Assembly (NCBI GenBank): GCA_963765535.1
Contig: CAVXWU010000001.1
Span: 13,960 to 77,959, forward strand
Length of the DNA stretch: 64,000 nucleotides
Source of the DNA: an uncultured Verrucomicrobiae bacterium
Lineage (GTDB): Bacteria; Verrucomicrobiota; Verrucomicrobiia; Limisphaerales; JAHDYP01
Direction of reading: 5' to 3'
The translations under genes and the position numbers were made by a program. Below, in pieces: positions 9,470 through 18,994 of the stretch. Under the pieces are notes generated by a model. That model was not told the origin of the DNA and made no database searches. It saw only the letters and a program-made list of their open reading frames with translations. Every line of letters starts with the position of its first letter. Positions within the stretch are counted from its first letter, which is position 1.

Positions 9470-9744
9470 TGACCGTTGCGTCTGCCGTCCGTGAGCCGCT
9501 CGGCGCGAACCTCGCGAAGATAGTCCTCGGCTTGGGCGGCAGTGAGTCGCGGCTGAGATTGCAGTCGGCACAACGCCTCGCGCGCGGAAAGCCCTTTCGC
9601 TGCCGCCGCGTCCAGAGACTCCGCGAGGGGCTGTAACAGCACGGTGCATTCGCCCTCGTTGATGGCGATTTGCTCTCCGCTGACTGCCCGTCGTAACCAG
9701 TCGCCTAGACTCTTGCTGGCCTCTTGCACGGTCAACGTCTTCAT
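9466..9744 (-). CDS. Phd/YefM-type antitoxin
   Basis: MKTLTVQEASKSLGDWLRRAVSGEQIAINEGECTVLLQPL. The stop overlaps the vapC start (ATGA at 9466-9469). Confidence 0.7.
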   Translation of the reverse strand: MKTLTVQEASKSLGDWLRRAVSGEQIAINEGECTVLLQPLAESLDAAAAKGLSAREALCRLQSQPRLTAAQAEDYLREVRAERLTDGRRNGQ

Positions 9745-10281
9745 GCCCTGATAATATGCGCTCGCGACCCGGGCAACAAGCCCGCAAAAAGCCGCGCTAC
9801 GCCGCCACGCGCCTCATCAGCGCCGTGGCGCTCGGCGCGGGCGGCGCGTACCTCGGTCACGAACTTTCCAACTGCGATCCGCTTGCCACCGCTGCCGGCG
9901 CGGCGGACGGAGTCATCGTCAGCGAGGGGCTTCACTACGCCGCCAGGAAACAGAGCGAGAAGGCCTATCAAAGGAAAAAGGGGTCACATCTGAATGGCAG
10001 TTAGTTAGCGACCTTTGGCTCGTTCTTTGTCCTGTATTGCTGTTACGCCCGCCGCTTATTCCTGGATTTCGCGCGGGACTGGAGCTCATCGACATCGGCT
10101 GCGAGAAGCGGTTTTGCGATCGGCTGTATCACTGTTCAAGTAGATCGTCAGCACCCGCCCGGGTAATGCTCCGCGAACAGATGCCGCCGGCGGATTTGCG
10201 CCACAGGCCTCCTCCGCCGACGGCATGCGGGGCAAATTCCACCGCAGGTCTCAGGGCTGATTCCGCTGAAAAACCCTCCGG

Positions 10282-10485
10282 CTATTTTTTGGGTCGAGGA
10301 ACGGCCGGGGGTGCGTCCAAGCGGTGGAGTCGCAAGTCCGAACGGCCGAGCAATTGCCATTGGACCTGTTCGCCCGCCTGGATATCCAAGGCGGCGGCCA
10401 GGGGGATGGGGAGGTTGACGTAGAAGCGCGGAGCCTGGCCTTTGGTACGGATGACTTGAACGCGCATGGGATATTCTGCTTGCAT
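10282..10485 (-). CDS. SpoVT/AbrB-like small DNA-binding protein (inside the IS, divergent from the transposase)
   Basis: MRVQVIRTKGQAPRFYVNLPIPLAAALDIQAGEQVQWQLL fits the swapped-hairpin AbrB/MazE pattern. Confidence 0.45.
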   Translation of the reverse strand: MQAEYPMRVQVIRTKGQAPRFYVNLPIPLAAALDIQAGEQVQWQLLGRSDLRLHRLDAPPAVPRPKK

Positions 10486-10552
10486 AAGCAGATGCTACCC
10501 AATAGGCTAGCTACATGTCCACGCGAAAATCCGCTCGCCCGGGCCCTCGCCG

Positions 10553-12343
10553 ATGAGCCTGCCCGACTTTTTCACCCAGTCGGAGCTCTTCTCCACGGCA
10601 GGGCTCTCGGCCAGTCTGTTTCCTGAAACCGACCGCTACCGGCTCTTCGCCCAAAAGGTTTATCCGCACCTGGCCCAAGCGCGGTCGAGTATGGAAGGAT
10701 GCTATTGCGTGGAGAATGGACGGACGGCGCTGGAGCCGGTGTTGATGTTGGGGGTGAGTGTTTTGCAGGAATTGGACGGCGTGCCGGACCGGCAGGCGGT
10801 CGAGTTGCTCCACTATCATGCGGGTTGGAACTTCGCGTTGAACCGGCAATTGGGCGATCCGGTGTTTCATCCGACCAGCCTGGTGAATTTTCGAGGCCGG
10901 CTCGAAGAGCATGGGCAAAGCGCCTTGGGTTTCACCACGATCCTCGAGGCCCTGGAGGAGGTGGGGCTGGTGTCGCGGCAGAGCCGGCAACGCCTGGACT
11001 CGACGCAGATGTTTGGACGGGTGGCCAAAATGAGCCGGCTGGATTGTGTGCGGGAAAGCCTGCGGCTGGCGCTGCAGGAGTTGGAGGGCGTCAGGCAGGC
11101 GGAGGAGCGACCGGTCTTTTGGAAGGCGCTCTGGGAACGGTATGTGGAAAGCCAGGCCGACTACCGGGCCAGTGCCGAGACGCTGGGCCGCAAGCTCGGG
11201 GAAGCCGGGGCCGATGTGTGGCAATTGTTGGAGTGGCTGCGCGGAGCGGGACCTGCCCAATGGACGAAGGGGCCGCAAGTCCAGTTGCTGCGGCGGGTGT
11301 TTGGCGAACAGTTTGAGATCGTCGCGGGCCAGCCCGCTCCCGTGGCGCGGGAAAAGGAGAGCGTGGTGGTGGACGAGGCCGTGGCGCCGGGATCCGAGCC
11401 GATGCCCTCGGCCGGGACGCCGAGCGAGGATGCCAGCGTGACGGAACCACCGATGCCCGGGGCCCCAGAGGTGGCCGGGGAGATCACCGTTGAACCCAAG
11501 GGCAAAGGGCATCTGAGTTCGGATCGGGTGCAGAATCCGCACGATCCGGAGGCGACCTACGCGGTCAAGGGTCAGGGTCGGCAGAAGAAGGAACACGTGG
11601 GTTACAAGGTGCAGGTGGCCGAGACGGTGAGCGAGGCCAAGCTGGCTCCGGGAGAACCGACGCAGAACTTTCTAACAGGGATCGTCACGCATCCGGCCCA
11701 CCAGAGCGATGAGGCGGGCGCCCTGCTGATGGAACAGGAGCAGGCGGCGATGGGATGGGCCAAGCCGCCGGTGCAGTATGTGGACGGGGCGTATGTATCG
11801 GCGCAAAAGCTGGCCCAAGCCCAGGCCGAAGGGCGCGAGCTGATGGGACCGGCACAACCGGCGCCGCGGAAGGAGGGCCGGTTCAGCGTGGAGGATTTCC
11901 AGATCGACGTGGAGCAGCGCACGGCGCTTTGTCCGGCAGGGAAACTCAACACCCAATGCAGCCGTCTGGTGGAGGAAGCCACCGGCAACGTGGACTATCG
12001 TTTCGAGTTCAGCACGCAGTGTCACGACTGTCCGCTGCGGGAGCGTTGCCTGGGCAAGGACCAACGGCACCGCACCCTGGTGGTCGGCGAGCACCACACG
12101 GTTTTGCAGGCCCGGCGGAAGGAGCAGCAGACCCAAGAGTTCAAGGAGCGGATGAAGCACCGCAACGGGATCGAAGGCACGCAGAGCGAGTTGGTCCGGG
12201 GCCACGGTTTGCGGCAGGCGCGTTATCGTGGCCTGCCCAAAGTCAAACTGCAGAACTACTTCATCGGCGCCGCCTGCAATGTGAAGCGGTGGCTCCGCCG
12301 CGAGGCGTGGCTGCTCCAGCAAGCGTCCGCGGCGAGCGGCTGA
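10553..12343 (+). CDS. IS1182-family DDE transposase
   Basis: 596 aa. YVDGAYVSAQKL, a Cys-rich block CPAGK...CHDCPLRERC, and the C-terminal HRNGIEGTQSELVRGHGLRQARYRGLPKVKLQNYFIGAACNVKRW. Confidence 0.9.
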   Translation: MSLPDFFTQSELFSTAGLSASLFPETDRYRLFAQKVYPHLAQARSSMEGCYCVENGRTALEPVLMLGVSVLQELDGVPDRQAVELLHYHAGWNFALNRQLGDPVFHPTSLVNFRGRLEEHGQSALGFTTILEALEEVGLVSRQSRQRLDSTQMFGRVAKMSRLDCVRESLRLALQELEGVRQAEERPVFWKALWERYVESQADYRASAETLGRKLGEAGADVWQLLEWLRGAGPAQWTKGPQVQLLRRVFGEQFEIVAGQPAPVAREKESVVVDEAVAPGSEPMPSAGTPSEDASVTEPPMPGAPEVAGEITVEPKGKGHLSSDRVQNPHDPEATYAVKGQGRQKKEHVGYKVQVAETVSEAKLAPGEPTQNFLTGIVTHPAHQSDEAGALLMEQEQAAMGWAKPPVQYVDGAYVSAQKLAQAQAEGRELMGPAQPAPRKEGRFSVEDFQIDVEQRTALCPAGKLNTQCSRLVEEATGNVDYRFEFSTQCHDCPLRERCLGKDQRHRTLVVGEHHTVLQARRKEQQTQEFKERMKHRNGIEGTQSELVRGHGLRQARYRGLPKVKLQNYFIGAACNVKRWLRREAWLLQQASAASG

Positions 12344-12547
12344 GATTGGGGCGGAGCCCTCCGCCCTCGCACCAGAGCGCGTCTGGCCGCGTCCGGGAAC
12401 TCATAGGCAACCCGATTCTGGTTTTCTCGCCTGTGTTCGCGGCAGCCTGCGTATTATCGCTCCCAGCGGATACCATGACGGAAGATTTTTCGGCAGTTTC
12501 GAAGCCCCAAAATGCCCTGCTGAAAAACCCAACCCTTTTCACCGGAA

Positions 12548-15500
12548 TCAGGGCTGTGGTGTGACCTGCTCGAGATCGACGCGGAGCCAGTGCTGTGGCG
12601 TGCGGCTCACCGGCGCCAAATCACGAACGGTCCAGAGTTCCAGTGCCCCTTCGTCCTGGGTCTGTTCGATGGTGTATTCCGGGCCGGAAAACCAGTTCGC
12701 CAGGTCAGCGGAAACGCGGCCGCCGCACTGAACATCGTGGACCCACTTATCTCGCAAGAACGCGACGCTCAGGAACAGCTCATTGGTGACGGAGACGAGG
12801 CCGGCGAGGGGGAGACGCTCCGGAGGAGCCGGCTGGTGTCCCGGCAGCCCGAGGTAATACTTCAAGAGATTCGCAACATGATCTCCATCGGGCATGGCCG
12901 GCGCGCCGCTGATGGCCGGGTCCAGCAACTGCGCAGCCGTGAAGTAACGACGGCGCCACAGGTCGAAGCTGGTCATGGAATCGGCCACGTGCAGCTCATA
13001 CCAGATCGAGGTGGCGTTGGTGGTGACGGTCAGCGTGGTTGAATGGGCATCGCCGGAGAGCGGCATGGGCGCCAGGCGCTGTCCGCGTTCGTCCAGGGCC
13101 CACACCTGCACCCGGTTGGTCGGCACCGGCAGCGTGAGGGTGAACGGCACGATCTCGGTGAGCACGGGCGCGCGGCCCCAATGATTGGCCACGGAGGTCT
13201 TGCTGGAATCGGTCCACACCTGTCCGGTGTTTTCCCACCAGCCGCCCGCGATCACAAGCGCCGTGCCGTCGTTGGTAAACGTTTCGCCATGGACGAGCGT
13301 CGCCCCCAGGGTGCACCAGCCCAGTCGAGTTGTGCCTGGCTCGAAGGTCAGGCCGCCCAGCGTAACTGGTCGATGATCGGCAAACCCAAGCAATACTTTG
13401 GTGCGCGGCGTATCCATCGTGACCATGCCACGCCCGGACCGGCTCAAGTTCCATTGCAATTCTCCCGTGTCACTCTGCAGGACGTTCCCGGTTGGCGCGG
13501 ATGGGGGAATCGTCAGTCCGGCAGCATTGGTTCCCACGCTGGTGCTGAGCCGGCTGGTGAAGGCGAGTTTGCCGGGCACTCCGAGTTGGCCGCCGCTGAA
13601 GATGCTCCATGGGGTGGCGCTCTGCAGCAGGTCCAATTCGTGGTCGGGCGTGAGCGCCATGGTGACTTCGTTCGTGGCCGGTCGAATATCGCCTCGCCGA
13701 AACAGGTTCGCCGCGAGCAGCAGGTTCGCCATTTTAGTAGGATGCTGGGCGGTATCGAAGTAGCCGCGCACATAGCCCATCGGCACGACGTCGTTGCCCT
13801 GTCCATAGTCGAAGAGCCAGAGTCCGTCCCAGTCCTGCAGCCCGGCGTAGGCAGCCAGGAGGAGTGGCGCTTCGGCGCTGTAATAGTTGGGCGACGGATG
13901 CTGGTATTCGGTGACGGTAAAAGGTTTACCCTGAATCCGCTGGCGCGCGAGTCCCGCCAGGGTGTTGTCATCGGCGAGCGTATTCACCATGGAGATGTTC
14001 GGCACATACCAGTTCACCGAGTCCCACGGTTGTCCGGGGAATTGCGGGTGCTGCCAATAGGCATGCCCGTCCACGACTTCCAACCGGCTCTGCACCGTGG
14101 CGGGGCTGTTGGCCATGATTGTGCCGAAGATCAACCCGGCGTAACCGATGTTTGCCCGGAGGTGCCCGACCATCGCATCGTAATAGTCGTCCTCCAACTC
14201 GCGCAGGAATCGCAGCCAGTCGCGACGGGCCTCGCGCGTCCCGGTGTAGCCGCTGCCGGAATGCACGATGTCGGAGACCGTGCGCGCGGCGAGCGACGTG
14301 GCCGGCGGGAGCACACCCAGTTGGCCGCCCGGCTGCAGCCGGACGTCCGCAAACCAGAAGGTAGCCAGTTTGTCACCCATGGCGCCGAAGTTGACTCGCG
14401 CGTTGGAATCCGAAGCCGTTGGCTGAAACGCCGTTGTCAACCACTGCCAGTTCGTTGTCAGGTTCAGTCCCTGGGCGTAACCGAGGCCGGAATAGCTGCC
14501 GTGAGCTTGCATGACCGAAGCATCGGCGTTTGTGGCCGGGGTGGACTTGGCCCAGTAGGAAATCGTGTAGACCTGGTTGGAGAGAAGTCGGAGACCGGGA
14601 TAATTCAACTGGATATGCCACGAAACGGCGTCGGGATTGGTCACCGTGACCTTGGCGGACGGCTGGTTGTTTGTGAATTCGTAAGTGCGGGCGAACGTCG
14701 CGCGCGCAGTCTCATGCTGCTCCGTGTTCCAGCCGGTCAAGCCGTTGTTGAAGCTGCCGTTTACCAGGAGGTTGGCGCCCAGCGGTTGGTCGACCATGTT
14801 CCACGCCGCCAGGAGTGCAGTATCATTTATGTAACGCGCGGCCAGCCATTCGTTCCAGCGGGCCTGGAGCACCGCAGTGTATCGGGCCGGAAGCCGATCG
14901 AGACCGCCGTCCAACCATTTCTGGATGATCCCGTTCTCGTTGATGATTTCCACGAACGCGACCGCCGGATCCTTCGCGAGCGGGAGCCCGGTGAACCGGT
15001 TCGTCGTGGTCAGGATCTTCGTCGCGTAGTCCTTCTGCAGGGCCAAAGCGGGCCCGTCGAAGAAACCCAGGATGTGCGCATCCTTCCAATCCATGCCCGT
15101 GACTTCCGGGCCGAGGCCGTCGCCGGCCCGGTATTCGCGCCCGACCAGGAGGTTAATGTCCGAATAAATGCCATGCGCTTTGAGACGGGAAACGAGGTAA
15201 TGGACCCGCTGCAGGTTTTCGGCGTTCACGTTGGTGCTGGTACTCGAGGTGTAGGCCAGCATTCCGCCGTTGTAAGCCCAGGACGCATCCATGTGATGAA
15301 AACGGACGGCATTCACGCCGAACTTCGCCAGGCGTGCGGCGACCGCTTCAGCCTTGTTGGTGGGCATGAACGGCGAGTCACCGGCGAAATTCAAACCGAG
15401 GAACCGGATCCGCTCGCCACCCGCCACGAAGTGGCCGTTGGGGTCTACGGCCACGCGGTCGGTCCCGATCGGCCGATTCGCAAGGGAGAAATCCGTCACC

Positions 15501-15619
15501 CCTGAACTCGCATCGTCCCAGGGAAGAACCCACGGGATGGCCTGACCGGCAACCCTTCCCGTGGTGAAGGACAAAACCAACATCCATATGAACCAACGAA
15601 CGAACTGCTCGAACAGCAT
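12548..15619 (-). CDS. secreted clan GH-A (GH5-like) glycoside hydrolase with inserted CBM4/9-like domain
   Basis: Signal peptide from the internal MLFEQFVRWFIWMLVLSF. FLGLNFAG...GVNAVRFHHMD; acid/base-like IINENG; nucleophile-like FTVTEYQH. CBM-like LLVNGSFNNGLTGWN. The C-terminus has PDGDHVANLLKYYLGL. Confidence 0.75.
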   Translation of the reverse strand: MLFEQFVRWFIWMLVLSFTTGRVAGQAIPWVLPWDDASSGVTDFSLANRPIGTDRVAVDPNGHFVAGGERIRFLGLNFAGDSPFMPTNKAEAVAARLAKFGVNAVRFHHMDASWAYNGGMLAYTSSTSTNVNAENLQRVHYLVSRLKAHGIYSDINLLVGREYRAGDGLGPEVTGMDWKDAHILGFFDGPALALQKDYATKILTTTNRFTGLPLAKDPAVAFVEIINENGIIQKWLDGGLDRLPARYTAVLQARWNEWLAARYINDTALLAAWNMVDQPLGANLLVNGSFNNGLTGWNTEQHETARATFARTYEFTNNQPSAKVTVTNPDAVSWHIQLNYPGLRLLSNQVYTISYWAKSTPATNADASVMQAHGSYSGLGYAQGLNLTTNWQWLTTAFQPTASDSNARVNFGAMGDKLATFWFADVRLQPGGQLGVLPPATSLAARTVSDIVHSGSGYTGTREARRDWLRFLRELEDDYYDAMVGHLRANIGYAGLIFGTIMANSPATVQSRLEVVDGHAYWQHPQFPGQPWDSVNWYVPNISMVNTLADDNTLAGLARQRIQGKPFTVTEYQHPSPNYYSAEAPLLLAAYAGLQDWDGLWLFDYGQGNDVVPMGYVRGYFDTAQHPTKMANLLLAANLFRRGDIRPATNEVTMALTPDHELDLLQSATPWSIFSGGQLGVPGKLAFTSRLSTSVGTNAAGLTIPPSAPTGNVLQSDTGELQWNLSRSGRGMVTMDTPRTKVLLGFADHRPVTLGGLTFEPGTTRLGWCTLGATLVHGETFTNDGTALVIAGGWWENTGQVWTDSSKTSVANHWGRAPVLTEIVPFTLTLPVPTNRVQVWALDERGQRLAPMPLSGDAHSTTLTVTTNATSIWYELHVADSMTSFDLWRRRYFTAAQLLDPAISGAPAMPDGDHVANLLKYYLGLPGHQPAPPERLPLAGLVSVTNELFLSVAFLRDKWVHDVQCGGRVSADLANWFSGPEYTIEQTQDEGALELWTVRDLAPVSRTPQHWLRVDLEQVTPQP

Positions 15620-15839
15620 GGCTGCAAGTCTGGAGACCAATGCGGCGCCTTGTCCAGTGGCGATGCAGCGGGACGGAATCATGGAGACTGCGGCTGGCCG
15701 ATGCGGGTGAGGTGTTTTTGGAAAGATCTATTTCTGAGAGTCGTGATGTTCGACGAGGAGGTCGGAGTGTTCGCGGCGTCCAATGCGCTAAAGAGTGCCA
15801 AAAACACATACAAGAAAAACCGAGTGCGGCACATCCCCC

Positions 15840-17267
15840 GTTGACTCATGGATAAAAGACACCGAAGGACTCTGAGTAAGCGGGGCTTGGTCAACTCATG
15901 TCCGTGTGCTGTGACGTTGTAGGTCTTGAGGTGTCCGACAGCGAGCTAAAACGAGCAGGGGGGCGCGGGGGGAGGAAAAGCGCGGATTGCTTCGGGTTAA
16001 GGAGCCTGATGCCGGTAACGGGTTTTGGTCACAGGAAGGAGCACTTTCTTCAAGCGCTTTTCCAGGTCGTCCTTGAGGTCGAAGGGATCCAGGCTGGCGT
16101 AGAGATCGCGTAGGCGGCGCCGTTGTTTGGGAGCCAAGGTGCCCAGCTCGCATAGGCGCTGATAAGCCGTCTGGGGTTTATGGTAGCGCTTGCGCCAGTG
16201 ACTGCCTTGGCGCCATCGTTTCTCGAGTTTCAAGCACGGCAAGAAGAAGTTCTGCAGTGGCCCCCACACCTCTTTGTAGAGGGCGTAAATAGGGGTGACC
16301 AGTTCGGGATCTTCCAGGCGGCTATACCCCAAAAGCTGACGCGGCCACGCCCAATTCTTCTGTTCGACATGAGCATTGTCGTCGCTGTGATAGGGACGGG
16401 AACGCGTGAACTCCACCGGCACCTCTCGCTTGGCCAAATAGGTCCAGAGATGGTGATTGAGAAACTCGCCGCCGTTGTCGCAATCAAAACCCAGAAGAGC
16501 AAAAGGAAGCCCTGTTTCCACGTCTTCGGTGGCACTAAGCACTCCGGCCGCACCCTTGTTCCACACCGCTCGCCCTTCGGTCCAGCCCGTGAGAATGTCG
16601 GTGTAAGTCAGGCTCCAAATGAAGCTTCCAGCCAGGCTGGCCCCGCAGTGGGCGACACTGTCGGCCTCCAAGTAGCCCGGGCGTGTTAAATCCCATGTCC
16701 CAGTTCGAATCGGGATCTCGCTCCGGAGCAAACTGCCCGGCTTGGTCCCGCACCGGCCCTTGCCAGGAAACTGGGCCCGGGCCTCAGCCAGGAGGCGGTC
16801 CAGAGTGGCTGCGCTGATCTTGCGCACCAAGCGGCGAGATCGGGCGCTTAAGGGCTCGAAGCGTCGCTCATAGAACGGCAGCCATTGATGCAAAATGGGC
16901 ACCAGGCGCTTGCCGCATGGCTGTTCGGCACTGAGCCAGATCTCCCGGACGATCGGCTCGATGGAAGCATATTGGCGCTCAGGGCCGGGGTGTTTACGTC
17001 CGGCGGGTTTTGGCAGCGAGTCACTCAAGAGTTTGATCGCATATTTGCGCTCGTACCCATGATCCTCACACAGCTCATCGAGCATCCGGCTTTTGCCCTC
17101 TCGGTTTCGCCGCGCATAGCGAATTTTCAGCTTCGGTAACAGGTCCGTTTTTATCTCGTGGCTCATGTGCATCTCCACCGATTCCCGGTGTCTTTTTTCC
17201 ATGAGTCAACGACCCTTTCTGCCTCCTCTCAGATTTCGCTCCCCGGTGTCTTTTAATTTGAGTCAAC
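15840..17267 (-). mobile_element. IS element with rve-type transposase; right end carries two copies of the terminal repeat
   Basis: GTTGACTCATGGATAAAAGACACCG (15840-15864) matches the reverse complement of 17186-17210 at 24/25 positions. It matches a second, more diverged copy at 17244-17267. Confidence 0.6.
15997..17202 (-). CDS. DDE transposase, integrase-core (rve) type; IS family not assigned
   Basis: N-terminal HTH, then a D..D..E pattern (LEADSVAH, FDCDNGGEF, NAHVEQKNW). Confidence 0.85.
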   Translation of the reverse strand: MEKRHRESVEMHMSHEIKTDLLPKLKIRYARRNREGKSRMLDELCEDHGYERKYAIKLLSDSLPKPAGRKHPGPERQYASIEPIVREIWLSAEQPCGKRLVPILHQWLPFYERRFEPLSARSRRLVRKISAATLDRLLAEARAQFPGKGRCGTKPGSLLRSEIPIRTGTWDLTRPGYLEADSVAHCGASLAGSFIWSLTYTDILTGWTEGRAVWNKGAAGVLSATEDVETGLPFALLGFDCDNGGEFLNHHLWTYLAKREVPVEFTRSRPYHSDDNAHVEQKNWAWPRQLLGYSRLEDPELVTPIYALYKEVWGPLQNFFLPCLKLEKRWRQGSHWRKRYHKPQTAYQRLCELGTLAPKQRRRLRDLYASLDPFDLKDDLEKRLKKVLLPVTKTRYRHQAP

Positions 17268-17391
17268 TCGCAATGGGGCGTCGCCTTTTTTTGGGCTTGC
17301 CGCCTGCCCCAAAAAAGTTGAACTTGCAGCACTCGCGGAAGGTGCGGAAGGCCTGTGAAATCAAGCGGTTTGGCAGGTCTTCCGATGGTTT

Positions 17392-17466
17392 GCGCGGTTA
17401 GCTCAGTGGCAGAGCACTTCCTTGACACGGAAGGGGTCAGAGGTTCAAATCCTCTATCGCGCACCA
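17392..17466 (+). tRNA. tRNA-Val(GAC)
   Basis: Hand-folded cloverleaf: acceptor GCGCGGT/ATCGCGC, D stem GCTC/GAGC, anticodon stem CTTCC/GGAAG with loop TTGACAC, T arm AGAGG-TTCAAAT-CCTCT, encoded CCA. Confidence 0.9.
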
Positions 17467-17519
17467 TCTATTGGGTTGGCTATAAGGATATTGCAAGGAC
17501 GAGTGACAAGCGCGGTCGG

Positions 17520-17558
17520 GTTAGACAAGTTAGACGGTCTAACCCGAAGGCGTCTAAC
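17520..17558. promoter_or_regulatory. nested palindrome of four 7-mers (GTTAGAC x2, GTCTAAC x2); candidate integrase/excisionase or repressor binding array
   Basis: GTTAGAC at 17520 and 17529; GTCTAAC at 17537 and 17552. It lies between attL and the probable integrase start. Confidence 0.4.
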
Positions 17559-17588
17559 CGGCGCTTCACACGGCTAGGCAAAGGGCTC

Positions 17589-18656
17589 TTGCGTGACCGC
17601 AATGGGACGGTCTACGAAGTTCGCAAGCAGAAGGGCAAAGTGACTTGGAAAATCCAATGGAAGGCGACGGAATTGGAGCGAACGCCCCATGGCACGTCGA
17701 CGGCCTACGTGCCAACCGTGGTACCGGACTTCTCCCCCAAATCGCCGAGCATGGAAGACAGGCTGGCGAGGATCGAGCAGGCCATTCAACCGGCCAAGTC
17801 TCAGGAATCACCCAGATCGAAACACACGCTCCAGGAGGCAATTGAACTCTGGGTCAGAGGCCGTGCCGTCTCGGACTCGACGAAGGGCAAAGATCAGAAC
17901 CTCATCTCCATGCTGGCCGATGCCATGCCGCCGACGATTTTGGTCGGCGACATCGACGAGCAGGCTGTCCGGCAGCTCCAGGCCGACCTGCGCGATTCCG
18001 GTTACGCCAACAGCACCAACAACGACATACTGCGGAAAGTGCTCCTGCCAGTCCTCGACACGGCGCATCGGCAAGGCTGGATCACAGTCAATCCGGTCCG
18101 CACGGTCAAGCCGCTGAAGAAAGTGGAGCCTGACCGCCGCCAGCCTGAATGGGACACGGCGCACAAGATCGTGGCGGAAGCGGCCCGTCGCAGTCCCAAG
18201 TCAGCCGAGTTGCTCCAGGCCATGCTGCTTTTCGGGGTTGGGCAGGCCGAGATTCAAACTGTGCAGGGCGAGGACTTCGATTTCAACCGGCGGGAAATCC
18301 ACTTCAAACGGATGAAAACCCGCAAGCCGTTCTCAGTCCCATTCTATGCCCACGCCCAGGATTTCATCGATGGTCTCAAGGCTTCGGATAGGTTTCATAT
18401 CGGTCGACTAGTATTCCAGTGGCGCGATCCCGAACGCGCTTTTCACAGTGCTTGCGAGCGTCTCGCAGTCGAGCGTTATGAACTCAGAGCATTACGGCGC
18501 GTCCTCATCATTCGACTGTTGGAGCAGGAGGTTGACCCGCGATGCGTGGCTGAATGGCAGGGCCATCGGGACACGGCGCTGATTTTCAAAGTTTACGGTA
18601 AATGGATTTCACCTAAATGGCGGCAGGCACAAATCGCCAAGATCAAGGCCACCTGA
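17589..18656 (+). CDS. int: tyrosine recombinase / phage-type integrase (start uncertain; TTG at 17589 proposed)
   Basis: C-terminal catalytic-domain pattern: LLFGVGQAEIQ, ELRALRRVLIIRLLEQ, WQGHRDTALIFKVYGKW. The frame has no ATG between the tRNA and residue SMEDRL. Confidence 0.8.
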   Translation: MRDRNGTVYEVRKQKGKVTWKIQWKATELERTPHGTSTAYVPTVVPDFSPKSPSMEDRLARIEQAIQPAKSQESPRSKHTLQEAIELWVRGRAVSDSTKGKDQNLISMLADAMPPTILVGDIDEQAVRQLQADLRDSGYANSTNNDILRKVLLPVLDTAHRQGWITVNPVRTVKPLKKVEPDRRQPEWDTAHKIVAEAARRSPKSAELLQAMLLFGVGQAEIQTVQGEDFDFNRREIHFKRMKTRKPFSVPFYAHAQDFIDGLKASDRFHIGRLVFQWRDPERAFHSACERLAVERYELRALRRVLIIRLLEQEVDPRCVAEWQGHRDTALIFKVYGKWISPKWRQAQIAKIKAT

Positions 18657-18941
18657 CCTCCTCGACCCGTTCAAGGCCTTCGACTACTACCACCCCGACC
18701 GGCACGGCTCAGCATCCATTAAGGCCGTCCTGCCTGCGTTAACGGGCCGGAGCTACGCCGACCTGGCGATCCAGGAGGCGACACCGCCACCCGCGAATTC
18801 GTGCGGGTTCACTTCGGCGGCGCGTCGGAGCCGGAGCACCAGCGGGTCCGGCGAGCGCTGGAGGCATATTGCGGGCAGGATACCGCAGCGATGGTGTGGA
18901 TCGTGGAGGCGCTGCGTGATCTGGTGGCCCGATTCTCGTGA
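18655..18941 (+). pseudogene. C-terminal fragment of a DUF2779-like protein, frameshifted
   Basis: DLLDPFKAFDYYHPDRHGSASIKAVLPALTGRSYADLAIQE, then after a 1 nt shift near 18775, GDTATREFVRVHFG...LEAYCGQDTAAMVWIVEALRDL*. The N-terminus is absent. Confidence 0.55.
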
Positions 18942-18994
18942 CCTTGCTGCAACGCCACCGTCCACTTGCGGGGGTATGATCTGAGTTCTATCCT

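Larger units (their letters stand above)
10260..12547 (+). mobile_element. IS1182-family insertion sequence with 9 bp target-site duplication
   Basis: The left inverted repeat ATTCCGCTGAAAA (10260-) matches the reverse complement of the right end ...TTTTCACCGGAAT (-12547) at 12/13 positions. It is flanked by direct TCAGGGCTG at 10251-10259 and 12548-12556. Confidence 0.75.

Noticed and set aside
9756-10004. 82 aa Gly/Ala-rich ORF as a glycine-zipper membrane protein.
   Set aside because: The composition is suggestive, but the ORF is antisense-prone GC-rich sequence beside the TA promoter and has no clear TM helix. I did not list it as a feature.
13043-15505. Very long ORFs antisense to or out of frame with real genes (for example 13043-15505, 10511-11596, 21175-22710, 42571-43254, 47708-48700, 48944-49756, 50991-51785, 53413-54444, 54886-56223, 60264-61286, 61847-63085, 62812-63600).
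   Set aside because: These are shadow ORFs typical of GC-rich DNA. Their translations are Arg/Pro/Gly-rich with no motifs, and in each case the opposite or alternative frame encodes a protein with clear family motifs.
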